Below the pieces are notes generated by a model. That model saw nothing but the letters and a program-made list of their open reading frames with translations. It was not told the origin of the DNA and ran no database searches. This document shows, one piece after another, positions 35,401 through 47,023 of a stretch of 64,000 nucleotides of DNA (position 1 is the first letter of the stretch; each line of letters starts with the position of its first letter). A program made the translations under genes and the position numbers. This stretch comes from Octopus bimaculoides (taxonomy: Eukaryota): assembly GCF_001194135.2 (NCBI RefSeq), contig NC_068998.1, positions 3,487,704 to 3,551,703 on the forward strand. The letters run 5' to 3'.

Positions 35401-38400
35401 AGAGGGGCAACTGCAGGAATGCATTGTGGAGTGCAAGGAGAACAAGATGGGGGGGGGGGGACAAGTAAGACGTCTTGGCCATCTCCTGCATCCATCTCCA
35501 AAGTTGGCCTCGATGGGATTTGAACTCAGAACATAAAGACGGACGAAATGTCGCTAAGCATTTCGCCCATTGCGTTAACGATTCTGTCGGCTCGCCGTCT
35601 CCCTTTATTGAATATATTAACACTAATTTAATTATCCCCATCTAATTTGTGTACCTGTGTAATTTACGCCCACGGAAGGCTATTTGACCTAAATTGGCTT
35701 GCAACTTGTTAAAATTATTTCGTTTTTGTAGTTGGTTTGAAAACTAGAGCAGTCAGTGAAGATTGAATTAGATGGCTATCAATTTCAGTAAGGTAAATAA
35801 ATAATAGTGCATGCTGTCAAACAAGTTGTTTCAAGGTTTATATTTACATTTTGCTTTCATAAAATTATCAGATGTCACACAACGACAGTTGTAGTGTTAT
35901 TAGAGTAGTGTCCCTTGAATTCAATGTGGGCCTTCAGTTCCTTTGTCTTTTGGTTTTTGTTTTGTAACAGCAGATCGGCAGACGATGATACGATTTTTAG
36001 GTACTTCGAAACCACCAAGCTGAGTGTTCGTTTCCTGTTAGTTCTGTATGCTATCACCGAATTGTTTTGTTTTTCTCTCTCTCATGTGATGTTGCCAATT
36101 AAGTGACTCATAAGTCTCAAGGCCGGGCGAGTCATGTGATCGGAAGTTACTGTCTTACAAATGTGTATATAGCACAGTGTTTTTTTGTTGTTTTTTGCCT
36201 AAATAATGATAATAATAATAGTAAATGCGCTGATGCAGTCCCAAGCAGTGGCTTTCATGGCTTCTCATCTTAACTGGTTGGAAGTGCTATCATGTACATT
36301 GTTTTGTCTTGGTATAAAAAGATGGGCTACAGCAAATATTCTGCTCAGTACCACAGATTTCCTCAGTGGAATTCGAACTCACGACGTAAACACGGAAGGA
36401 AATGCCACGAAGTATTTTTTTCCAGCGTGCGAATGATTCTATCAGCTCAGCATATTTTTTTCTTATAGCTTTTAGTAATAATTCCTTCTACAGTCGGTAC
36501 AAGGTCTGACATTTTGTAGGAGGAGACGAGTCAGTTACATTGACCCCATTATTCAACTGGTATTAAGTTTATCAATTTTGAATGGATAACAGGCGAAAAT
36601 CAAACTTGCCAGAATCTGAACTCAGAACTTAAAGAAGCCAGAATATAAAAAATATATATAAAAATGTTTGTTGATGTACAATCTGTTTTAAAATTGTGTA
36701 CATTTCTGCCATGGCGTCTATTGTTTGTTTACTGCCACTCATTTGAGAGATAAACACCAGCTTTGCAATCTCACACATACAAGGAAGTTATATGTAATAA
36801 TAAAATATATTTAGCTTCACTATCAGAAAATAGATCCAAGGCCATTTGGACCGAGAATTAAATTGGTTGAACGTTGTGTATTATGGATGAGGTTTCAGTT
36901 AATTAGTTAATTGCTGGTTTCAAATTTTGGCACAAGGCCAGCAGTTTTATGGGTGGTGGTGGTGGGGTTAAGTTGATTATATCAATGCCAGTGTTCAACT
37001 GGTACTTATTTTCTCGACCCTGAGAGGACGAAAGTCAAAGTTTCCAGGTCCCATGGCTTGTCAGAACTAGAAGAGTTGTTAATTAAATAATTAAGACAGT
37101 GAGATGGCAGAATCAGTATTGTTACTCTGCCAGACAAAATACTTAGCAATATTTTTTCTGACTTTATGTTCTGTGTTCAAATGCCACCAGGATTGACTTT
37201 GTCTTTCGTTCTTTAGAGATCGATAAAATAAGTACCAGTTGAATATTTCAATACAACATGGCCAAGATGTTGGTCTGGATCAGGGTGTAACAGTTGTTGT
37301 AAGGGGTCGGGTTGTGGATCATTTACTCTAACCCTAACAAAATGTTCTGACTGCCCCTTTCTATTGCAGGACTTTTGACAGCAATTGTACCTACATCAAC
37401 TACAAGATAGCAAACCAGATCATATCTTGGAACGATGCAGACTGCGGAACTGGAATGAAATGTCTGTACTCCGTAAGTGATTGCTTCCTTTTTTATTTTT
37501 ATTTTTAGGGATCAGTACTGATGACCCTTGCAGGCCATCTATGGGTGGTGAGATTCATGTTAATGTTATATCTAAACTGTTGTAGATCAATAACTGCAGG
37601 GTGGAAATATCAGAGGAAGGGGGTTCAGAGGGGATGGGCTTGGCATGCGGGTTGGTGCAGGACTGGTGAAGGTTGATCCAATCAACAAAACAGCCTGCAC
37701 ATGAAATTAACATGCAAGTGGCTGAGTACTCCACAAACATGTGTATCTTTGTTGTAGTTCTCAAGGAGAGTCAGTTTTACACAGAATGTGACAGGGCTGG
37801 CCCCTTTGAGTTACAGGTACGACTCGTTTTTGCCAGCTGAGAGCACTGGAGCAAAGTGAAATAAAGAGTCTTGCTCAAGAACACAACACGCTGCTGGGTA
37901 TCGAACTCAGAACTCTACAATCGTGAGGCAACACTAAGTCATACATTGAGGGTTGAATACAACAAAAGATATTAAGTAACCCCATAGAGGCTCCCTGTTT
38001 GGCTCAAGACAAACATGCCCCCGTTTTTCATCTCTGATTGTATTATGTCATAAATTTCCACCTTTCTTTATTCATAGTCTGTATTTATTTTTCATTTCAG
38101 CTCTCGTCTCATAACGCCAGTCTCATCTTAGGTTCCCATAAAACACCAAAATGGCATTTTACTGATTCTTTCTATTTTGCCTTTGCTCCTGACAACTCAA
38201 CATGTTACGTGGAGGTAAGTGATACAAAGTATTTATGCATTATTTACATTATTTACATTTCCTATGTTTATATTTTGCTGCCATATGGAACCATCAGCAG
38301 AATTATTGCAACACGTACCCAGATGTTTCTTCCAGTTCTGGTTCTTGTCATTGCTTGCTTACAGAGAATTTCCTTGTAAGCATTTTTGCCATTAGAAAAT

Positions 38401-39225
38401 TTGCCCTAAAAAAACAATAGTTACAGCAAAAAGTACATTATTTGTGCAGCATTGCTTGGAACTTTCATATATTTCATTTTTAAAAAAATGCTGATATAAT
38501 AAACTTTATCATTGTCCATACAGCAAATTTCCCCATGGTAAGTGTTTACAACGAATTTTCTGGACACAGTTGTTGCTCAGATTTGGCACAAATGCCAGAA
38601 TACGATCTCCCCTACAACTGCTTTACCAATTCTGTTGATTCTCTTCTTCACATCACTGCTTCTACTTCTTCCATCTCCTCTGACTGACATTATAACATAC
38701 TAATCCTCTGTTTTTACCATTTCTAGGGAGTTTCATCCTCTGATTCTTGGTTTGCTCTGCTGGATTTTGGCGTCAACTACTGTAATCTCCATAATGTGAT
38801 AACAGGTATGAATTGCTTTGACTACTAACCCCAAGATTCTGAGTTCGATTCCAGGCAGTGACCTGAATAATAATAATAATAAATAATAATAATAACATCG
38901 AAAAATACCTTAGGAATGAGAACCCATGTTCGAAATTTCCCCAAGACACCTGATGAAGGCTGGAGGGTATATCAGCCGAAACGTTGTGTTAACAACAAAC
39001 AAGATGAGGACAAATATCCGTCATTTGTAAATAATGTACAGATTTATTACATTTTTCTTCCACTTGTATTATATATTTTTAAAAGTTTTTCTTCTGTTCA
39101 TGTATTTATTTATTTGCCATTTTTTTCTTCCAGGGAGTGGCATTGACACTTTAGATGGTTACACAGAATTCACCGAGAACAGTGTCTGCACGTTGTATAC
39201 TTCCAGAAATTGCGATAAATATTGA
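29976..39225 (+). CDS. Uncharacterised 191-aa type II membrane protein with Cys-rich ectodomain (whole gene model, 5 exons)
   Basis: join(29976..30163,37370..37472,38101..38214,38727..38805,39134..39225) = 576 nt, all GT..AG, phases 2/0/0/1 consistent. Basic N-terminus, one hydrophobic helix (about aa 27-51), 8 extracellular Cys, three N-glycosylation sequons; AATAAA signals downstream near 39430 and 39492. Confidence 0.9.
32459..32998. mobile_element. Element with inverted termini of at least 155 bp; interior is an assembly gap
   Basis: 32459-32616 is the reverse complement of about 32828-32998 apart from a small indel in an A-run; embedded in TA dinucleotides. Confidence 0.65.
37370..37472 (+). 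CDS. Exon 2 (TFDSNCTYINYKIANQIISWNDADCGTGMKCLYS)
   Basis: ttgcag acceptor; TCC|gtaagt donor. Confidence 0.92.
38101..38214 (+). CDS. Exon 3 (LSSHNASLILGSHKTPKWHFTDSFYFAFAPDNSTCYVE)
   Basis: tttcag acceptor; GAG|gtaagt donor. Confidence 0.92.
38727..38805 (+). CDS. Exon 4 (GVSSSDSWFALLDFGVNYCNLHNVIT)
   Basis: ttctag acceptor; G|gtatga donor. Confidence 0.92.
38821..39036 (+). mobile_element. 5'-truncated tRNA-headed SINE-like element with (AAT)n spacer and hammerhead motif
   Basis: B-box-like GAGTTCGATTCC near 38842, then an (AAT)n run, then the hammerhead; fills most of intron 4. Confidence 0.6.
38945..38990 (+). ncRNA. Minimal type I hammerhead ribozyme motif
   Basis: Stem I GACAC/GTGTT; core CTGATGA (38950-38956); extra A; stem II GGCTG/CAGCC; GAA plus palindromic ACGT (stem III); H17=U at 38985. 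Confidence 0.75.
39134..39225 (+). CDS. Exon 5 (GSGIDTLDGYTEFTENSVCTLYTSRNCDKY*)
   Basis: ttccag acceptor; TGA stop at 39223-39225. Confidence 0.92.
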
Positions 39226-41067
39226 TGTTCTAGTAACCAGTGGTGTTTCTATGAATGTGTTTAAACACTCACTCACACCTATATATATGTGTGTGTGTGC
39301 ATATCTATAATATACATAATGTGAGTTTAATAAATGTATACATACATATATATATATGTATGTGTATATATGCTTTTTTTCTATGAGTTTTTTTACAAAG
39401 AATCCTGTATGTACGTCGAAAAGAAAAGCAATAAAGTATTTGTATGTTATTTTATAAAGTTTGTTTTGTTTAATGAAATTAATTTGATTTGAATAAAGTT
39501 GTATGGATACAGAGTTCGCTTTATCACCGGTCTTGAGTTCAATTTCACTGCATGAGACCTGACCAAGTGTCCTCTACAGCAGCTTTGAGCCAACCAAAAC
39601 TTAGTGAGTGGAATTGGTAGACAGAAACTGAAAGTATCCAGCTGTGTGTAATCATCATCATTGTTTTGTAATGTCCACTAATCCATGCCTGCATGGGTCA
39701 GGTAGAGTTACTTTAACCAAATTTTCTGTGGCTGGATGCCCTTCCTGCGGCTAACCCTTACCTGCTTCTGAACAAAGCAATATCCACCCACCCGCCATAG
39801 CCAGACATGTTTTCACAGACGGTTGGAAATGAATGACACTGCTTGTATGACAGTGAAACTCATTTACGACTATCATGTGATGTCAACTGAAGGAGACGCA
39901 AACATACTACACATACAAGATGGCCTTCTTTCAGTTTCCATCAATGAAATTCACTTGCAAAGCCTTGGTTGGCCTGTGGCTATAGTGGGACTGAATCTAG
40001 AACCATGTGATGGGGAAGCAACCATCTTAATCCCACAGCAAGTGCATATGTTAATAAGCACTGTGCATTACTTCTCCCATCTGGGCCTCGACTGGTTCTG
40101 CCCTTTCAAAGACATGACATAGAATATTCCTTCTTCAAAAACAAGGGTTATGTAAGTGTTGGCAGCTGGGAGAGCATCCAACCATAAAACAATGCCTTAA
40201 TATATGCTAACATGGAAAAATTGATGTATACCATGCAATGCTGATGAGGACCCAATAATACTGAAACACGTCCAAAGTTGTCCTGCTAAACGCGACCCTT
40301 GCTCTTTACAGCATATTCATGAAATTAGTTTCAATTAAAATTTCAGAGTTATCTCCCCTGCATTTCCTGAATTCGTTTGGTCAGAAAATGACTTATTAAA
40401 TTGGATAAAATTTCAATGAATTAAAAATTTATTAACAGGTTACATTAATTATGCTGATGCTCATTTTATTATAAATTTGCGTTTTTTCACTTAACATCTG
40501 TTTACCTATGGCCTTAATGGGAAATTGATTGTTATGCAAGATTTAAAAGGCCAAAATATAGCTGTGTGACCAACCGCATGGTTTTCGTTTCAGTCCCACT
40601 TTGTGGCACCTTGGGCAAGTATCATCTGTTATAGCCTTAAACCAACCAAAGCCTTGTAAGTGGATTTAGTGGATGGAAACTAAAAGAAGCCCATCACATG
40701 TTTTTATATATCTGTGCCACATAAGGCAGAGAGCTGGCAGAATTGTTAGCCTGCTGGGCAGTATGTTTAGCGGCATTTCATCTATCTTTGCGTTCTGAGT
40801 TCAAATATCACCAATGCCAACTTTGTCTTTCATCCTTTCAGGGTCAATGAGAACAAGTACCAGTTATACATTGAGGTCGATGTAGTTGACTAGTTTCCTC
40901 CCTGCTAAATTTCAGGCCTTGTGTCTACTATGGAGGAAAGGATATATTTGTGTCACTTAAAAAGCGCCCTGTACACTCTAAAGAGCATCCAGCCATCGAA
41001 ACCATACGAAAACAGATAATTGGAGCCCAGTGAAGCCCTCCAGTCTTGCCAGCTCCTCTCAAACCAT

Positions 41068-41434
41068 TCAGCCACATCACTCCTAATATTTGGCCACCAC
41101 ACTCCCCAGACTGCAACCCCCTTGATTATTTATGTGTGGGGTGCAGTTGAGAGACCAACAAAACTCCTTATAACAGCAAAGATGAACTGAAGACAAAGAT
41201 TATGGCAGCATTCACCAACTTAAAGAAGGAGACCGTTCGGAAGAGTTGCAGGAAATTCCGAAGTCTTCTGGTGGCCATGGTTGAAGCCAATGACGATTAT
41301 ATTGAATAAATTTACTCTTTAGTATTTCAAGATATTTTTATGTAATTTTGGTAAATATATCTGTTAAAATGAGTTGTCAGCATTATTTTCATTTTTGCGT
41401 AATTTAGACGACAATTTATTCACTGCATCCTGTA
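41068..41434 (+). mobile_element. 3' part of a Tc1/mariner transposon (transposase C-terminus plus TIR)
   Basis: IWPPHSPDCNPLDY (frameshift) YVWGAVE...KDELKTKIMAAF...; ends ...catcctgTA. Confidence 0.85.
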
Positions 41435-41524
41435 TGTACATATAATTTATATATATATATGATTGACCGTTGACTGAACACTATTCAATTTTTTTTCTCC
41501 GTGTTTTTCTCCTTGTCTCCGTAT

Positions 41525-41561
41525 TCTTTCTGTTGAAGAGCGTAGCTCGAAACGTCAAAGA
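41525..41561 (+). ncRNA. Hammerhead-like motif with variant core (CTGTTGA)
   Basis: Stem I TCTTT/AAAGA; core CTGTTGA; extra A; stem II GAGC-gta-GCTC; GAAACGTC. Confidence 0.5.
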
Positions 41562-41795
41562 CTTTCCGTATTCCCGAGCGTCATACTAATATATACTTTT
41601 GCTATTTACACCACCTGTCCTCGTCTGTTATTATTTGTATATTCTCCCATATATAATATATATACATATACAATATATATATACACATATACATATATAT
41701 ACATATACATATATATATATACATATACATATATATTGTTTTTCATTGGAAATGCAATTTGTCTTGTGACAAGTTTCATGCCACTTCAGGCATTC

Positions 41796-41836
41796 TCACC
41801 TGAAGATTGCACTGGCATGAAACTCAAGTTGTGTGA
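41796..41836 (+). ncRNA. Weak minimal hammerhead-like motif
   Basis: CTGAAGA 41800-41806; stem II TGC/GCA; GAA-ACT-ca-AGT-T; short stem I CAC/GTG. Confidence 0.4.
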
Positions 41837-41899
41837 TAAACTCTTATTTTCGGTTTCAATATGAGAAAATCTACACCCTCTATATGTCTGTGTACTATA

Positions 41900-41940
<41 letters not shown>

Positions 41941-42927
41941 ATGTGTTTTTTACTTGGTTCAGCAATTAGACTGATGCCATGCTGGAGCATCACCTTGAAG
42001 AATTCTATCAGTCTCTTTTGCTGAACTGCTAAGTTATGGGAGTGTAAACACACCAACACTGTCTTGCACATTTTCACTCAAGCCATAAGTTGAACCGATG
42101 CAATAGTAGAAGATACTTGTCCAAGGTACCACATAGTAGGACTGAACCTGGGGTTATGTGGTTGTGAAACAAACTTCTTTCCTACACAGCTATGCTTGCA
42201 CCATGTATATTCACACAAACACACAGCTTCTAGTTTCAACTTGTCAGTCTAAACAAACTTTCCTACCAAATTACTAAAACATGCTTAAATGGATCCAACT
42301 TAATTTTTTTTTTTTTTGTTTAACACTGAAAAACCAAATGTGAAAGGGAAAAAAAACAAAAAACAGCAAAAAAATCTGTCATATTTATTATAGTTCAAAA
42401 AGAAATGTTACCATAGCGATATATTTTACATGAGAATAAAAATGATATCTAACACAGTGACAAAGTTATACATTTTAGGGGAGACAGCAGATGATTAAAT
42501 CAACTCCAATATTTGAATAGTACAACAGTACTGTATTTTAATTGACCCCGGGAGGATGAAAGGCAAAGTCGACCCCATCAAGATTTGAACTCACAATGCA
42601 AAGAGACATGGTTAAGTACCACAATGCATTTTGTCTGATGCTCTACCGATTTTACCAGTTCATTACCCCTCAAACATTATTCTTATTACATGAGAATAAT
42701 ATGAAGAATTTGTTGCTTAGGTACAAGACAAACAGTTGAAAAGGGAGGGATTTGATTAATTAGGACTTAACTGCTATTACTAGCATTTCATTGACCTAGT
42801 ATCCTGCCACTTTTGTCCTTCACTTGTTGCAAAGTGGGAACATACAGAGACATTGGGTCGAACTGCCCATGTTTCATTTGACTCCCATATCAGGATCAGC
42901 AGATCAAATCACTGGGAGAGCATGAGG

Positions 42928-42930
<3 letters not shown>

Positions 42931-42986
<56 letters not shown>

Positions 42987-43937
42987 NNNNNNNNNNNNNN
43001 NNNNNNNNNNNNNNNNNNNNNNNNNNNNNNNNNNNNNNNNNNNNNNNNNNNNNNNNNNNNNNNNNNNNNNNNNNNNNNNNNNNNNNNNNNNNNNNNNNNN
43101 NNNNNNNNNNNNNNNNNNNNNNNNNNNNNNNNNNNNNNNNNNNNNNNNNNNNNNNNNNNNNNNNNNNNNNNNNNNNNNNNNNNNNNNNNNNNNNNNNNNN
43201 NNNNNNNNNNNNNNNNNNNNNNNNNNNNNNNNNNNNNNNNNNNNNNNNNNNNNNNNNNNNNNNNNNNNNNNNNNNNNNNNNNNNNNNNNNNNNNNNNNNN
43301 NNNNNNNNNNNNNNNNNNNNNNNNNNNNNNNNNNNNNNNNNNNNNNNNNNNNNNNNNNNNNNNNNNNNNNNNNNNNNNNNNNNNNNNNNNNNNNNNNNNN
43401 NNNNNNNNNNNNNNNNNNNNNNNNNNNNNNNNNNNNNNNNNNNNNNNNNNNNNNNNNNNNNNNNNNNNNNNNNNNNNNNNNNNNNNNNNNNNNNNNNNNN
43501 NNNNNNNNNNNNNNNNNNNNNNNNNNNNNNNNNNNNNNNNNNNNNNNNNNNNNNNNNNNNNNNNNNNNNNNNNNNNNNNNNNNNNNNNNNNNNNNNNNNN
43601 NNNNNNNNNNNNNNNNNNNNNNNNNNNNNNNNNNNNNNNNNNNNNNNNNNNNNNNNNNNNNNNNNNNNNNNNNNNNNNNNNNNNNNNNNNNNNNNNNNNN
43701 NNNNNNNNNNNNNNNNNNNNNNNNNNNNNNNNNNNNNNNNNNNNNNNNNNNNNNNNNNNNNNNNNNNNNNNNNNNNNNNNNNNNNNNNNNNNNNNNNNNN
43801 NNNNNNNNNNNNNNNNNNNNNNNNNNNNNNNNNNNNNNNNNNNNNNNNNNNNNNNNNNNNNCTACAACTACGACTACTACAACGACTACTACTACTACTA
43901 CTACTAAAAACTAATAATAATAATAATAATAATAATA
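42931..43937. repeat. (TG)n, gap, (CTA)n(TAA)n microsatellite block
   Basis: Microsatellites flank the N run 42987-43861. Confidence 0.9.
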
Positions 43938-44689
43938 ATGGAGATATCTTTATCAAAGAAATCAAAATAATAAAAAAAAAAAGAGGTATGAAATATAAAA
44001 ACAAGATCAAATAATTTGAAACTAAAACATTGTATGAATGTCTCCCAAGATTACCATTGCCATACAGTGGTACCACCTAAATTTATACTGCTACAATTTC
44101 TTTAAAAAAAATGAAAAAAAAAAAAAAAAAAAATTTCAGAACATTCTTGTTTGTGTTTTTTAAAAATATCTCTTTTAATAATATTTCAATTTAACTAAAT
44201 TTAAATTTGGTAAATTTGAATAAATTTGTACACCATGGCAGAGCAAAGAGAATTGGATATTAAAATGCTTATGGTAGCACTGAACATTGTTATATATATG
44301 TGTATGTGAGTGTGTGTGTGTATATATATATATATATACACATACACACACACACATATCACATTTGATTTGGTTTGTAAGAATCTTGATTTGAACTAGT
44401 GTTCAAACATATTTTGTAGTATCCCAGGAGGGTCATCATGCCAATAATAACCACACACAAACACACATAGATACCCAATCATACATGATTCAGTTCAGAG
44501 TTACAGTAAACATTACAAAAGATTCTCTGTTTCCAATTGAAGAACTCTGCTCAAAACCACATTGGTACCAACCATGGAATATAAAGTTAACCAAATTTCA
44601 CAGACATTAGCTAAATGATATTTTGTCATTGTATAACACCACTGGCATCCTCAGACCCAAAGATTCTGGAAGTTTCCTTTTTTTCTTTT

Positions 44690-45089
44690 TTTTTTTCTTT
44701 TTGATATCTTCATTAAAATTTAAAGTACCCTGTTGGAATTAAGAATTAAAAAAAAAATTGAAAATATGATTAAGGCACAGGAGAAAAGAATTTTCCACAC
44801 ATTAAGGGTGAGAGGAAGGGACACAAAAATCTGTTGTTTTTTTTTTTCATATATATATTTTTCTTTGAGAATGGCATACATACAGTAATTTTATTTAGGT
44901 CATAAATTTTTTTTTTTCTTTTTGATATCTTCATTAAAATTTAAAGTACCCTGTTGGAATTAAGAATTAAAAAAAAAATTGAAAATATGATTAAGGCACA
45001 GGAGAAAAGAATTTTCCACACATTAAGGGTGAGAGGAAGGGACACAAAAATCTGTTGTTTTTTTTTTTCATATATATATTTTTCTTTGA
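44690..45089. repeat. Near-identical tandem duplication (period 221 nt) abutting a gap
   Basis: 44703-44868 is repeated at 44924-45089 directly before the N run; probably an assembly artefact. Confidence 0.85.
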
Positions 45090-45828
45090 NNNNNNNNNNN
45101 NNNNNNNNNNNNNNNNNNNNNNNNNNNNNNNNNNNNNNNNNNNNNNNNNNNNNNNNNNNNNNNNNNNNNNNNNNNNNNNNNNNNNNNNNNNNNNNNNNNN
45201 NNNNNNNNNNNNNNNNNNNNNNNNNNNNNNNNNNNNNNNNNNNNNNNNNNNNNNNNNNNNNNNNNNNNNNNNNNNNNNNNNNNNNNNNNNNNNNNNNNNN
45301 NNNNNNNNNNNNNNNNNNNNNNNNNNNNNNNNNNNNNNNNNNNNNNNNNNNNNNNNNNNNNNNNNNNNNNNNNNNNNNNNNNNNNNNNNNNNNNNNNNNN
45401 NNNNNNNNNNNNNNNNNNNNNNNNNNNNNNNNNNNNNNNNNNNNNNNNNNNNNNNNNNNNNNNNNNNNNNNNNNNNNNNNNNNNNNNNNNNNNNNNNNNN
45501 NNNNNNNNNNNNNNNNNNNNNNNNNNNNNNNNNNNNNNNNNNNNNNNNNNNNNNNNNNNNNNNNNNNNNNNNNNNNNNNNNNNNNNNNNNNNNNNNNNNT
45601 ATATATATGTATATATATATATATATATATAATTCACAATCAAAGGTGCAAAAATGGCATACTCTGAATAAAAAGGTGAGGTAATCCAATCGTCGAGGGA
45701 GATCCATGAATCAGGTACTCCAAAACAGTTGGAAGAATGGGGGGGGGGGTATGTGAGCGTGGAGTAAATAGTCAACTAGAAGAACACAGAGAAAAAAAAA
45801 CCCAAAAAAAACCTGAGGTCATAGCACA

Positions 45829-46075
45829 AGCAATGTATTAATAAGACACTCAGAGAAGGGAGAGAGTAGTTGTCTTACATTTCAAGCATAGCTCTTCTTT
45901 TGAAACAGGTAAAACAGGAAAGTCCAAAGGGAAAGAAGAAAGAAAGAGAGAAAACAAATCACCAACTGTTGACAATTTTCCCCTTTGTTTTACCTGTTTC
46001 CAAAGAAGAGCCATGCTTGAAATGTAAAACAACTACCCTCTTCTTTCTCTGAGTGTCTTATTAATACATTGCTTA
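45829..46075. mobile_element. Palindromic MITE
   Basis: agcaatgtattaataagacactcagaga...tctctgagtgtcttattaatacattgct; arms about 85 bp. Confidence 0.8.
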
Positions 46076-46293
46076 CGCTATGTTCTCACGAGTATAGTAA
46101 AGTTAGTGTCGAGTGGCTGGGCCTTCAAGTTTTGTCACACAGCTTATTCACTTCTAACCAGACGCACACACACACACACATATACACACGCATATACACA
46201 TTTATAATGCATGTAGGAACATATGAATGCATACATATGTCAAAATATGATATATATGTTTGTAATTGTGTTTATGTATGTGTACACACACAC

Positions 46294-46343
<50 letters not shown>

Positions 46344-46987
46344 ATAAAGATTGTGATGATATATATTTATAATGCATGTAATCATATAATATGCATTGCT
46401 TTATGTATCTATGTGTACAGTATATATATATAGGTTTGTGTATGCGTGAGAGTGTGTATATCTCACATGCACCCATTCATACAAACAACCATGTATACAC
46501 ACACTGGTATCAGGTTTTGATAAAAATGACCAACAAGATAATTAATAAAATCAAATTTCAAGCTAGGCTTAGCTGCAGCTTACAGGCAACTCAGAAATTT
46601 CATTGCTCTGCTTTAGAACTTGGAATCAAAACCTTTAAAAAATGATAATAGGAGTTTAGGATTTAAAAAAAAAAAAAAAATCAATTAAGCATCATTAAAT
46701 AAATGAATAAACATATCATTCCTTTAAAATCAAATTAATACAGGTAATTATATTGTTTCTCACTGTAAAATATTTTGCTAGAAATTTCCAACTGATAACA
46801 AACACGCATAACACACACACACACACACATGCACATGTATACGTATACATATTTAGAGCAAGGTTTCATTCAACCCACCGCTACTCAGAGTAGTGACTCT
46901 GTGAAAACTCAGGTTTGAGAAAATGATGAGACACATGTATTTAGTACTTCCCTCTCCCCTTTTTGATTTGGCCATCCAAACATGCAC

Positions 46988-47023
<36 letters not shown>

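Noticed and set aside
42853-44076. Long ORFs of 325-390 aa in the ORF track (similarly 20838-21407, 24393-24986, 44954-45775 and 49670-50134)
   Set aside because: They consist mostly of X from N-gaps and microsatellites.
44690-45089. 221-nt tandem duplication as a biological repeat
   Set aside because: Near-identical copy abutting a gap is typical of contig-end overlap artefacts.
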